Shown: piece after piece, positions 19,701-29,400 of the stretch
Numbering within the stretch: position 1 is the stretch's first letter
Layout: each line of letters begins with the position of its first letter
Source: a virus
Taxonomy: Duplodnaviria; Caudoviricetes
Reading direction: 5' to 3' (one strand)
Virus record (IMG/VR): IMGVR_UViG_3300002552_000444
Span: 1 to 64,000 of that record
DNA: 64,000 nt
Translations under genes and position numbers: made by a program
Notes under the pieces: generated by a model
Seen by the model: only the letters and a program-made list of their open reading frames with translations
The model's database searches: none
Told to the model about the DNA's origin: nothing

Positions 19701-22700
19701 GCATTTGAAGCAAGGATTTAGTTTGCATTATACTTCTACCACTTGTTATTCTATCATCAACATAATAGGCATTAATATTGACACTTGAAAAATTATCAAT
19801 TAAACCTCTAACATCTTCAGTGATATAACTAAGTTGCGCTCTTACACCCTCCCTATTTACTGCACCTAGTGGAAAATAAATAAATTTCAAATTATGTGCA
19901 AAAACATTTTCAGCTACTGATTTAACAAACTCAGAATTGGTGGTGTGTTGCGGTGCAACAATAAGATTGAAAGTATATTCTTTAGATAATTCTTTCTTGT
20001 TTATATCAATCAAATCACTTCTACATTTATTTAACCATTCTTTAATTTTGTCTTTTTCTTTGTTGTAGTATTTCTCTGTATCAACATAAAATAAATAATG
20101 ATTTTCGTTTCTTTCTACATGAGCATTTATTAAACAACCGCTTAATGAATCTAATTTTCTCTCAATATCATTGTTCGATGTATTATTCGATAAAGTTTTG
20201 TCCATCTTCCTTCCTTTTAACTCAAATACATGCCCTAATCTAGAAATTTCACGCTTAACTTTAACAAAAAGTTTTTCATCTAAAACATTAACTTTATCAA
20301 AATAATATTTATAGTCACTTTGTATATCTTCATCTATATCTATATCATCAATTTGAATAAAACTTTTCGCCTCAACATCCTTCTTTATCTTTTTTATTTC
20401 ATCCCCACTGATCTCATTAAGATTCTTCTTTATAATATGTTTAATATAACAATCAAAATATTTTTTACCCGGATATTGAACGACAGCAACTTTCCCCAAA
20501 GAATCTTTTTCTTGATTAATATAATATTTTTTTCTTAATTCATCTTTCAAAAATGTTTCAATTTCTTTAAAATTATTTGTAAGAGCATTTATAGGCTCTA
20601 CAAACACAATATCAAACACATCATTATTTATCAATTTTTCTCTTTTAAAAGCATCAAGTTTCTCTTCCAAATCATATGAAGGATCAAAAATACGATCTTG
20701 ATTTCTTGATTTGCAATAATTAACCAAAGCAAGATACACCATCTTTTTGTTTTGAATAAAATCGTCCTCTTTACTTGATTTGCTGTTTTTGTTCAACCTA
20801 ACCTTGTCTCTATAATCAAAATAGTCCTGAACAAATTTTTGCACTTGCTGAAGATTAATACTATTATATTGTCTATGTCCAACCAATAGGAGCGGTCTAT
20901 TGCTCTCAAGTTCCTGGCTCTTGTCTAAAAAAGCAATTACTTCTTGTGCAATTAGATATGAAAGTTTATATATCTTTGATAAATTATTGAATGGTAAATC
21001 AATGGCATAAAAATCTTTCATCCTTATATAATTTACATAGAAATAAACATCCTCCAGTTTTACACCAAAATCTTTCTTTTCTTGTATTTTTTTAAAGAAC
21101 ATATTCTCTAGATCCCTAATAAAAAATGAAGGAGTTTCGTTGCTATTTTGCGCATCCTCACTACGACCTAAATTTGGAATCAAATCAAAAGGAAACAGAT
21201 TCTCTACTTCTTCCAAAGCGGTATCATTTTTTGCGCTAGGAACCCACTTAATCGCTGATAAAATGCCTAAACAATCGCTTGATTGAGCAACATTAGGATT
21301 ATTATATGTGAAAAGTTTTGCTACATTATAAAACGATTCGATTTTATCGCCAACAATCATAAATTTTACGCTTGGAGCGCTATCTTTATTGCCCTTATTT
21401 ATTATTGCAATTTGCACATTTTTCATAGCATCTTGCTTGCCTTGCAGGTAAAATATACTGAAAAATTTTGCAAATTTTTTAATGGCTTTCAATTGACCAA
21501 TATTGTTGCTATTCTCACTCCACACAAGTGCATATAAGTCAGTTGCTTTTTTCTTGCGTTCTCTCTTTTCGTCATGTCTCATTATTATGCATTTTAAAAA
21601 TGCTTTGCAAAATGCCTCGATTTTGTCTAATTTTAAACTTCCTAATTCAATTTGTATAATGGGAACGCTTTCACCATCTTTCAAACAAGAGTTTCTTTTT
21701 GCGCTAATATTTTCATAAAGAATTTTTCCGAATTCATTTATTTTATCTATTTTATCATCTTGAGAAAAGGTGTGTAATATTTTAGCAGAAAATCTATCAA
21801 TTTCTCCTATTAATTCTTTTCCAACATTTTCTATTACCTTAATTTTTTTGTCAATATACTCAATACCATAAATATTTCCACCGTCAAAAACCGCATTTAC
21901 CCCATCATCAAAACGAGTGAATCCTATTGGCAATAAAACTGAAAATATACTCCCATTTAGAACTTGTTCATACCTAGGATTAACATCTAATTCAATTGTT
22001 TTACTATCAAGTTTTAGTCCATATTCCTCTCTCATCTCTCCCTTGGATTGAGCAATAAAATACCCTCCATTGCTGAGAACAGATCTTGCAAACAAACGAA
22101 TACCATAATGGTGCATTGCATTTTCTGATTTAGAAACAAAATCCAAGTGATCCCCGACCAATCTATCTTCATTAAAGAAACCCGAAAAATGACATCTAAC
22201 TTCATTTAAATTTTTACCTGAATTTTGTGCTATTCTCTCAGAAAATGTTTCAGAAATACTTTGCTTTCCAAAATCAAAAATTTGCAATTCCAAGTGATAC
22301 TTGTAAGATTTAACTATACTACTCTTAAACAGTTCTTTGCCTTCATTTTCAGATTTTGCTGCATCAAATAAGTATTTGTTTTTCAAATGCTTTCTCTTAT
22401 TAATGCTTCGCACATCCCTAGACAAATCATTTCCACTATCTCCAGTTTGATGTATTCTCAAGCTAAAAAAACCATCTGCCTTTAAATCCTCTTTTTCCGG
22501 CTGCCTTATTCTCGCATGTCGAATAGTGTTTTCAATTAATTCATTTATTCCAGTTGCGTAATCAAATGACTCTTCAATTATTTTCTCAAACTGAATCGAC
22601 AGATTTTGCATATCAAAATATCTATCTTCCGCATATGAAGCAATCAACATAGTCGCAATCAAAGATTGCATAGCAGGTAGATCGCTAACGCGAGTATTAA

Positions 22701-23895
22701 TCTCCTTCGCAAATTTTTTCTTTTCATCTACACCTGCGTCTTTCCCGCATGCAAGAGTTAAGAACTTTACAGAATCAAATAAATTTCCAACAATAGTAGT
22801 ATCAATTATTGTCTCTAGATCAACTTTTGAACCATCCAGATAAAATTTGACTGGATTAGTTTTTCCCACATTAATCCTTCTTATATGTTCTATCAACCAC
22901 TCCTTTTTAGATCCCTGCTTACTCCTAATTTTACAAAAAAAATCTGATTCAAAGTTAATTTCATCAACACAAGAAAACAATTCAGAAGAACCTCTTTTTT
23001 GTAAAAACTTATCTAAATCATTATCGTCATTTCTAAATTTCAAAAGTGGGACTAAATTTCCTATACTAAAATCTGAATCATATATAAATGTAGCGTTATT
23101 GCACAAAAAAACAGCATTCGATGTATTATAATTCAAATAAAAAAGATATGCTCTCCACCTAACAAATTCATCACGGTCAAACTTAAAATCAATAATGAAA
23201 TCTTTTTCTTTATTATTCTCAACAATGCCAAGCAAACATATAAAATCCGATACCAAAAAGTTTTTATAGAAATTATCAACATTTATTCTAATAATCTCCG
23301 CATCTCCATAAAAAATTTCATCGCTTAAAATTTGTCCATCAATTTTATTCACATCCTTAGATTTATCAAATTCACTCAGAAACAACCCCTCAATTGCAAT
23401 GTTGTCTTCATTCTTAACTAAATCAAATTCATTAGTATTATCCTTTTTAATAAATGAAAACTTGTTAAATATCTCATCATATTCATAGTCGAAAGTTATT
23501 AATTTATTGTCGCTAAAATAAACCAAAAAGTTGTTAAACCCACCTATCTCATTATTAAATATCATCTTTAAAAAATTTTCATCCAACTCCCACCAATCTA
23601 ATCGTTTAAAATATTTGTCATTTAACTCCTCTCTAATAAATAAACAACCATCATCAATTATAATATCATCATTATTTAAAATATTGGATGAGGACACCAC
23701 CCTAAATTTAATGTCATATTTTTCATTATCAAACTCATCTATCTTAATTGTTTGTTCAGCAATACCAAACAATCTTTCAACAATTTCCTTCGTATTATTA
23801 AATTTCAAAAAAGATGAACCATATTTTGATTCAAAATAAAATATTATATTATTAACTTTTTCGTTTTTCTTTTTAAAATTTTTTGACATAAACAT
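16753..23895 (-). CDS. giant multidomain protein: HATPase/histidine-kinase-like plus PRTase-like domains
   Basis: ELIENTIRHA (N-box), LQIFDFG (G1), HHYGIRLF; YYVDDRITSGRS PRPP-binding loop; CPSC; 2380-aa uninterrupted ORF. Confidence 0.7.
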   Translation of the reverse strand: MFMSKNFKKKNEKVNNIIFYFESKYGSSFLKFNNTKEIVERLFGIAEQTIKIDEFDNEKYDIKFRVVSSSNILNNDDIIIDDGCLFIREELNDKYFKRLDWWELDENFLKMIFNNEIGGFNNFLVYFSDNKLITFDYEYDEIFNKFSFIKKDNTNEFDLVKNEDNIAIEGLFLSEFDKSKDVNKIDGQILSDEIFYGDAEIIRINVDNFYKNFLVSDFICLLGIVENNKEKDFIIDFKFDRDEFVRWRAYLFYLNYNTSNAVFLCNNATFIYDSDFSIGNLVPLLKFRNDDNDLDKFLQKRGSSELFSCVDEINFESDFFCKIRSKQGSKKEWLIEHIRRINVGKTNPVKFYLDGSKVDLETIIDTTIVGNLFDSVKFLTLACGKDAGVDEKKKFAKEINTRVSDLPAMQSLIATMLIASYAEDRYFDMQNLSIQFEKIIEESFDYATGINELIENTIRHARIRQPEKEDLKADGFFSLRIHQTGDSGNDLSRDVRSINKRKHLKNKYLFDAAKSENEGKELFKSSIVKSYKYHLELQIFDFGKQSISETFSERIAQNSGKNLNEVRCHFSGFFNEDRLVGDHLDFVSKSENAMHHYGIRLFARSVLSNGGYFIAQSKGEMREEYGLKLDSKTIELDVNPRYEQVLNGSIFSVLLPIGFTRFDDGVNAVFDGGNIYGIEYIDKKIKVIENVGKELIGEIDRFSAKILHTFSQDDKIDKINEFGKILYENISAKRNSCLKDGESVPIIQIELGSLKLDKIEAFCKAFLKCIIMRHDEKRERKKKATDLYALVWSENSNNIGQLKAIKKFAKFFSIFYLQGKQDAMKNVQIAIINKGNKDSAPSVKFMIVGDKIESFYNVAKLFTYNNPNVAQSSDCLGILSAIKWVPSAKNDTALEEVENLFPFDLIPNLGRSEDAQNSNETPSFFIRDLENMFFKKIQEKKDFGVKLEDVYFYVNYIRMKDFYAIDLPFNNLSKIYKLSYLIAQEVIAFLDKSQELESNRPLLLVGHRQYNSINLQQVQKFVQDYFDYRDKVRLNKNSKSSKEDDFIQNKKMVYLALVNYCKSRNQDRIFDPSYDLEEKLDAFKREKLINNDVFDIVFVEPINALTNNFKEIETFLKDELRKKYYINQEKDSLGKVAVVQYPGKKYFDCYIKHIIKKNLNEISGDEIKKIKKDVEAKSFIQIDDIDIDEDIQSDYKYYFDKVNVLDEKLFVKVKREISRLGHVFELKGRKMDKTLSNNTSNNDIERKLDSLSGCLINAHVERNENHYLFYVDTEKYYNKEKDKIKEWLNKCRSDLIDINKKELSKEYTFNLIVAPQHTTNSEFVKSVAENVFAHNLKFIYFPLGAVNREGVRAQLSYITEDVRGLIDNFSSVNINAYYVDDRITSGRSIMQTKSLLQMLFDEALDDGELPKNKQIKLNLFSGIFTLVNNRNKKNLTQFIDCNCQCDSTNSRVLKIFSYLDLKIKGLKTRNLRCPSCDVQDDYLLLSKMSSTNRLNDFWKKCLDKNEIRNYKEYDTWFNEKLENANWDGDSNEGSANGYLKWYEQEIHLSGCSDSIHKEKREKIEYMKNDVLQRRYLSRLKATHYSVEKLEFLFLEFEGKSRNEINFITKHNILELICEKVFYNKKLKDLEVKIKGDFNDIEESEEEKLLYKKEVRKQVILCFEGLISYIKVLSRPPMSKYHHIGQAVLTILLEIIEFCFSGAVKIHDKSLDVGGKYKEKLEIVCSYMVTVVMKKGEYKDRLVPFLSQFQLFNILLKRLANLGSLYLLRSDKIDKIIDYWFKLKDIEKSQENDTGYNDKHSLSYYDVGLENSFVFQFCSYVKWLIDARSDNVLCCEFDGILKSKLDNFRDKKSNCLGEKDRFKLRLLMALYMENVQHLYRETSDNYKKWEATGENLNWDAWGGKQKWDSSIFAERKKVAKEILTLSINAQERERLGLYDILRKKKIEGIKNRVDDGRTTLDDLDNTIIISNRLVKSFSMCAKSDNDIFYHVATQGNADRTKISNRIYQFTRNDKSWILDTFIIDECEIFDEKYVVLKIPYHVPLKKDSATGLSARYVYMYLEFSKKTSQIDILDTVRNILFLRMSLERTFIRYAPEIFSMMNENVDRVSIVKEIYQWITMHGKRRTSKLKELNEKEDVIFAINHVEKLLENLSKNDFHFKNELIEVKKQLNIFRDEVESENCLSKTSNLAKKIAKYLTIYMSKDYYIPFDEFGLDESIEIAGKYKIDNHYFDLESYFNKEIVARFFGAKIKLDFSLLKKEVEFNKTRGDVFFTREHKEEFLRMLGEIYSVSNECNINIIAKFEGFEIVFCVECFHGDENLIEEIKSKFNESENLPTQMEMIRYRKKYKSKIEDNFVNPDISCEPEKNKITSKIYTFFMEDL

Positions 23896-23958
23896 TATTC
23901 CTACATTTTAAATTTTTTTTATGCTCTTAGCAAACTAAAAAATTTAATATTATTTATA

Positions 23959-23987
23959 ATAATACCACAAATTACGACAAATATCAA
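23959..23987 (-). promoter_or_regulatory. sigmaA promoter of the three-gene operon
   Basis: TTGATA-17-TATTAT with TG extension. Confidence 0.6.
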
Positions 23988-24005
23988 CTGAATTTTTAGC
24001 AAAAT

Positions 24006-24044
24006 AAAAAGAAGTAATGCTCATTTATACATTACTTCTTTTTT
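24006..24044. terminator. bidirectional terminator
   Basis: aaaaagaagtaatg-ctcatttata-cattacttctttttt. Confidence 0.8.
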
Positions 24045-24198
24045 CTTTGAATCCACACCCCACAAAATTATTTCATACTTTATAGTTATCGATAAAACTA
24101 ATACTCAAAAGATAATTTCAATCAAATTATCATTTGGTCACTCCTAATTTATTTTAACAACTATAATAACTTTGACACTTTTTAAAAATTTACATCTT

Positions 24199-24696
24199 TT
24201 AACTGCTTAAATGTTTTTCTAAGTTTTTTCTTGCACTTTTCAGGGAAGCTCGAACACTTCCTGCATCAAGACCTAATAACATCGCAATACTTTCTGATGT
24301 CATATCTTCAAAATAATGTAGGTATGTAATTTCAGCCTGACGAGCTGGCAGTTTCTTGATTGCTTCTGCAATGTCTACCGCATCATCAATATTGATTTCA
24401 TCTGTTGCCAACGATTCTGAATCAAATTCTTCGGCAATTTCTTCATTATGTCGATACATCTTTCTTAAAAAACTATTTACCTTATTATCTGTAACTCTAT
24501 GTAACCAATTTTTAAAATGCTTTTCACTTTCAAAATTCTTTCCTGACTTTATAAACTCGTAAAAAACATCATGCAAAATATCTTCTTTGTCGTGCTGAGA
24601 TACAATGCGCGTTGAAATGCAACCTAAAAGAGTGCGAGAATACTCTATGAGCATCCCATCAAAATCTATATTGATTTTTTCTTTTGTTTGTTGCAA
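24199..24696 (-). CDS. ECF RNA polymerase sigma factor
   Basis: EDILHDVF, F...WLHRV..N (region 2); LPARQAEI..LHYFEDM...IA.LLG....SVRASLKSARKNL (region 4). Confidence 0.92.
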   Translation of the reverse strand: MQQTKEKINIDFDGMLIEYSRTLLGCISTRIVSQHDKEDILHDVFYEFIKSGKNFESEKHFKNWLHRVTDNKVNSFLRKMYRHNEEIAEEFDSESLATDEINIDDAVDIAEAIKKLPARQAEITYLHYFEDMTSESIAMLLGLDAGSVRASLKSARKNLEKHLSS

Positions 24697-24822
24697 TTGT
24701 TTACCTCATCCTTCCATTTTGTTTTTAATTTTTATTTTTCTATATACAATTATAACATAAACCAACATTCAATTCAAGCATTTTGTTCATGGTTATTTAA
24801 AAAAAATTTCATTATTTGATTT

Positions 24823-25452
24823 TTATTTTTGCATGACTATAAGATTAATTACATCATCACTGCCTAGCAATATTTCAAATTCAACATATCCCTCAAGAAA
24901 ACTGCCCGCTTTTGATAGCGTTGTTGTAACTCTAATTATTTGATTAGATGCGCTCTGGTATTCATAGACAAGTCCACACATATCAACACGATTCACTCCA
25001 TCTCGACCTGACCCATTCATGAATACTCTACCTTTTTTAAATTCAATTATTTTTGCGGTTTGCCTTGTCTCATTTTTTAGAATTTTTCTTACTCTATTTT
25101 CACGCTTAATCCATAAAATTAAATGCCTTGACAACAAAAGCCAAAATCCTATGCTCAAAACGAATGCAAAAATTCCAATCCCAATCAATGTTCCTCGTTC
25201 ATGAATATGCTCACCGCTCAAACGAATAAGGATAACTCCACCCGCCAAAAGACCTCCAGCAAATGCCAAGTAAAACAAAGAAAAGATAATTAAAAAAACT
25301 ACGACAACAGCCCCACTATCGGTGGATTTGCCGATATATGCGGTTCTTCCTTCTTCAGCTTCTACCTCTCGCTTGTTTTTTTTGTTTTCAATAACTATGA
25401 ATTTATGTATTTTATTGTTGTTGTTCATTTTTTTAAATTCCAATGAATTCAC
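24823..25452 (-). CDS. membrane protein (2 TM plus C-terminal beta domain)
   Basis: Two hydrophobic segments followed by AKIIEF...LVYEY. Confidence 0.7.
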   Translation of the reverse strand: MNSLEFKKMNNNNKIHKFIVIENKKNKREVEAEEGRTAYIGKSTDSGAVVVVFLIIFSLFYLAFAGGLLAGGVILIRLSGEHIHERGTLIGIGIFAFVLSIGFWLLLSRHLILWIKRENRVRKILKNETRQTAKIIEFKKGRVFMNGSGRDGVNRVDMCGLVYEYQSASNQIIRVTTTLSKAGSFLEGYVEFEILLGSDDVINLIVMQK

Positions 25453-26457
25453 TTAATGCCAAGATGTTCTATAAAATCTTATTGCAACATTGTGATTTCC
25501 ACTATATCCCACAGCCCCCATAATCCCACTCCATGATGACACCATTCTTGTTATCTGATTATTTCCGCTTAAAAATATCTCGTGAATAGATGATAAAATT
25601 CTTGTATTTTCTTCTGCTGACGGATGAACTGTTCTCAATAAGCCATCTTCACATTCAAAATAAAAACCTAAATACCAATTAATTATGTTTATAGTTCCAG
25701 TCGTTTCAAAACTTTGCTTAATAGTGCGATATGACAATCTTAAACGAATTTGGGAGGCTCTGTAAAGATTATATTCAAATGTATATCCCTCGTCGTGGGT
25801 TAATACCTCTCCAAAGATATACAACTCATCACTCATATTAACTCCGTTTGCATAATAGCGAATTAATCCATTTCCTTGAGCATCAAAATGCAAATACATC
25901 GCCCTAGTCTGCTCTGGAATAAAATTACTTATAAACAAATATTCACGAAAAATATTAAAACCGTCGTTAAATGTTCCCTCATATTTATAAGTGACAATAT
26001 TATTCACAAAGCCAGCATAGCAATACCTATAAGCTCTTAGTTTGTTTTCTACATCATAAATATGAAAAACTAAATAATGTCCTGCATGAGAACCTTCCCA
26101 AGCTATTTTAACTCTGTCATTCTCGATGATATATTGCCCTTGTCTGTCAATTGTTATGACTTGAAAAGGATCCCCTGGTTGAGGGTCGAACCAGCGTACT
26201 CTTTGAACAGTGCCATTTTCAAAAAAGCGTATAGTCATTTCATCAGCTACACTAAGGTAATCTCGATTTCTGTAGACAGGCATCCACTGATGAAAAAATC
26301 TATATTCACCAGCAAATTGTGACACATCCGCCAACCTATTAGAATAGGTTGGGCAATCCGCACATTCAAATGGTTCATTTTGAACAGCGCACGAAAAAGC
26401 AGTCGAAAACATTAGAAATACGATTAAAAAAGTTGATATTTTTATTATTTTTTTCAT
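25453..26457 (-). CDS. lipoprotein
   Basis: MKKIIK plus hydrophobic core plus AFSC lipobox; AAGGAG RBS. Confidence 0.75.
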   Translation of the reverse strand: MKKIIKISTFLIVFLMFSTAFSCAVQNEPFECADCPTYSNRLADVSQFAGEYRFFHQWMPVYRNRDYLSVADEMTIRFFENGTVQRVRWFDPQPGDPFQVITIDRQGQYIIENDRVKIAWEGSHAGHYLVFHIYDVENKLRAYRYCYAGFVNNIVTYKYEGTFNDGFNIFREYLFISNFIPEQTRAMYLHFDAQGNGLIRYYANGVNMSDELYIFGEVLTHDEGYTFEYNLYRASQIRLRLSYRTIKQSFETTGTINIINWYLGFYFECEDGLLRTVHPSAEENTRILSSIHEIFLSGNNQITRMVSSWSGIMGAVGYSGNHNVAIRFYRTSWH

Positions 26458-26484
26458 AATTTTTTTTCTCCTTATTAAACTTGA

Positions 26485-29400
26485 TTAAACTTGTAGCCCT
26501 AAGCCTGGTTGTCCTGCCGCACCATCGGTAGCGCGTCTTATGTTTGTCATTTCTAATAAAGCTAGTGGATTTGTTAGAACCGCAAGAATTGTGTTTCCTG
26601 CGTCTATTCCATGGACTCCACCAACCCCACCTGCACCACCTTCTCCACGACGACCTTGTGCTCCTTGACGCCCCTCTGCTCCCGTTGCTCCTTGATTAAT
26701 ACTCACCTTGTAACAATTAACAGCAGAATTTCCTAGTCTCCCCGCTCCACCAGCACCGCCAGCTCCTCCTCTACCACCATTGCCGCCGTTACCTCCTCTT
26801 CCGCCATTGCCGCCGTTACCACCATTTCCCCAGTTCGTCCAAAAAAGATAAGTCGTCCATCCTCCATTCCCGCCGTGCCCGCCGTTACCACCATGCTGAC
26901 CATTCCCTCCGTTTCCACCGTTGCTACCACTTCCACCCGCACCGCCAGTTAATGAAAGTATGCAACGGTCAGTGTGTCTATAAAATGTCACATTATTATG
27001 TCTTAGCGCAACACTTCCCGCTCCTCCTGCTTGCCCTACTCGTCCCACGAATCCACTCGCTCCTGCTGTTCCATTCCCCCCATGTCCTCCATTAATACTT
27101 CCTGCAATAAAGTTTCCTCCCCGATTTACTCCGTCTGCTCCATTTGCAGCTCTATAGTTTGCTGAAGCGTTAGCTCCATTTGCTCCATGAGCAGTATTGT
27201 TTTGTCCAACTCCTCCAGCAATGCTATTTTCACCCCTAAAGCGAATTGTTAAGTTTGGTGCATTTTGAGCATCTAGTCCTATTTGTTGAGCTGGTGCGCT
27301 AAACCTAAAGTCTTGAAAGAATATCGTTAAAGGTGTTGTTCGAGATGATACAACAATTCTTATGTTTGAGTGTGGATTTGCCAAATTTTCACGCCCTCTA
27401 AAAGTAACTTCATTAACAGTATTTGCTATTGTGAATGTTCGTGCTACCGTGCTCGCATTCACCAAACTTCTAAAGTCCACTAGCGCTCTTTGATATCTAA
27501 TCGTTTGATTAGTTATTGTAGTTGTTTCGCTAGGTGTTATAACATTTCTTGTTATCGTTATGTTTCTAAGGTTTCTATTTGTTGCATAGGTAAGAGGAAC
27601 AAAGTTATTAAAATTAACTCTTGTCGTTGCATTCATTGTTCCATTGAAATACCAATTGCCTAGTTGCTCATAAAACTCATGACCTACACTAGGTGCTTGA
27701 AAATTGTTGTTCGCACCATGAAATACTATCCTAGTTGTTTCTGCCATAGACACTGTTCCATTTGATGCAAATGTTACAGTGTATCTCACTCTTATCCATC
27801 GTGCAAAAAGTGTTGCATTGTTTGGGGTTACCCAAGCAGCAGACACCATCATATTAGCATCTAAAATTCTAGTGCCAGCTCCAATTCCCATATTGACTCT
27901 ATCAGTATTTCTTTGCGTGTAAAACCCAGCAAAATCATAGCCAGTCTTTGATGGTGCTGTTAAAATTACTGGCTCACCAGCACTATCAATGGATTGATGT
28001 GTTCCAAAAATAATATAAAATACTGAACAGCCACCAACACCTCCATCTCTATCTAATGTTGCCCTAAAAGTTCTCGGACTCCATCTAGCAAACAATCTTT
28101 TGTTTGCTGGTGTTGTCCAACGATTTGTTGTCAATCCTTCGCAGTTAACTCTATTGATACGAATACCATCTTCCCCTGTATATTGAATTTGCCTGCCACA
28201 AGTTGAACAATTGTAAAACCATCCCAGAAAATAGTTTCCTGTGAGCGACGGAAGAGGTAAGTTTGGAATTGCGTCTGCAAATCTAATTGAAACTGTTCTT
28301 TCGTAAATATTTTGAGCAAACTGACCTCCGCTTGCGTCCAATGTTATTGTGTATGGATTTGCAGTTGCCGCAGCTCTTACTTGAATGTTTCTCCATGTTC
28401 TTTGCGGAACTCTCCAAATAACTACATTTCTGTTATCAATCTGAATCGCATCTTGTCGGATAGTTACATCTGTGCTACTCCACCCTGCGAAACTAAACCC
28501 AGCATTCATAATAGGTGCAAATAGTATAACATAATCTTCAATAGTAAAATATATTGGGTTTCTTGGATCGTTACTTGCAATAGGATTAAAACCATTAATT
28601 AATGAGGTTACATAAGTTATACGATAGTTAATGATCCTCCATTCTGCGACAAGCGTTCCGTTTGATGGAGTTGTCCACCCCCTGACTCCTTGCATCGATG
28701 CATTAATGTATTGGACTCCATCTTTAAAATACCCTAAGAATGTAAATCCATCACGGGTTGGAGCAGTCCCTATAACAGCACCATTTCTAAAATTACTTGT
28801 TCCAAAAGCAACAGTTAAACTCGCACTTCCACCCCATCCATTATTTCTATCGAGCACTATAGTGTAAGTGATCGCCTGCCAACGAGCATAAAGCCTAACT
28901 ACTACATTTTGAGTAGACGCAAGATTTCTATCTACCAACGCTCTATCAGTAAACACAACAACACCATTGGATGACAATGCCCAACCTAAGAATATATGAC
29001 CATCTCTTTCAAATTTATTTTCAGTTAAATATGTTATGAAAGAATTGAAAGCTGGTTGAACTCGCTGTGTTGCCCCTCTATCATGACCGTTACCAACGAA
29101 CTCAATATAATATCTTATCGGAGTCCAAACTGCAAACAAAGTTATTTGAGTCTCATTAGTATAATTATGATTAGCAGGATTGCATCCATCCTCAAAATAA
29201 GCATCTCCTCCTCTCATGATTGCCCATCCAGCAAAGGTGTGTCCTGTTTTAGTGAACGAATTAATTCTCAAACTAACAATATCATCGCCTACAGCGTCGA
29301 AGGTATGGGTGGTGTTTGTCATTGTGCCTGTGCCGCCATTAGCGTCGTAGATGATTGTGAAAGTGTTTGCTCTCCAAATTGCGAAAAGCGTAACTGCTCC

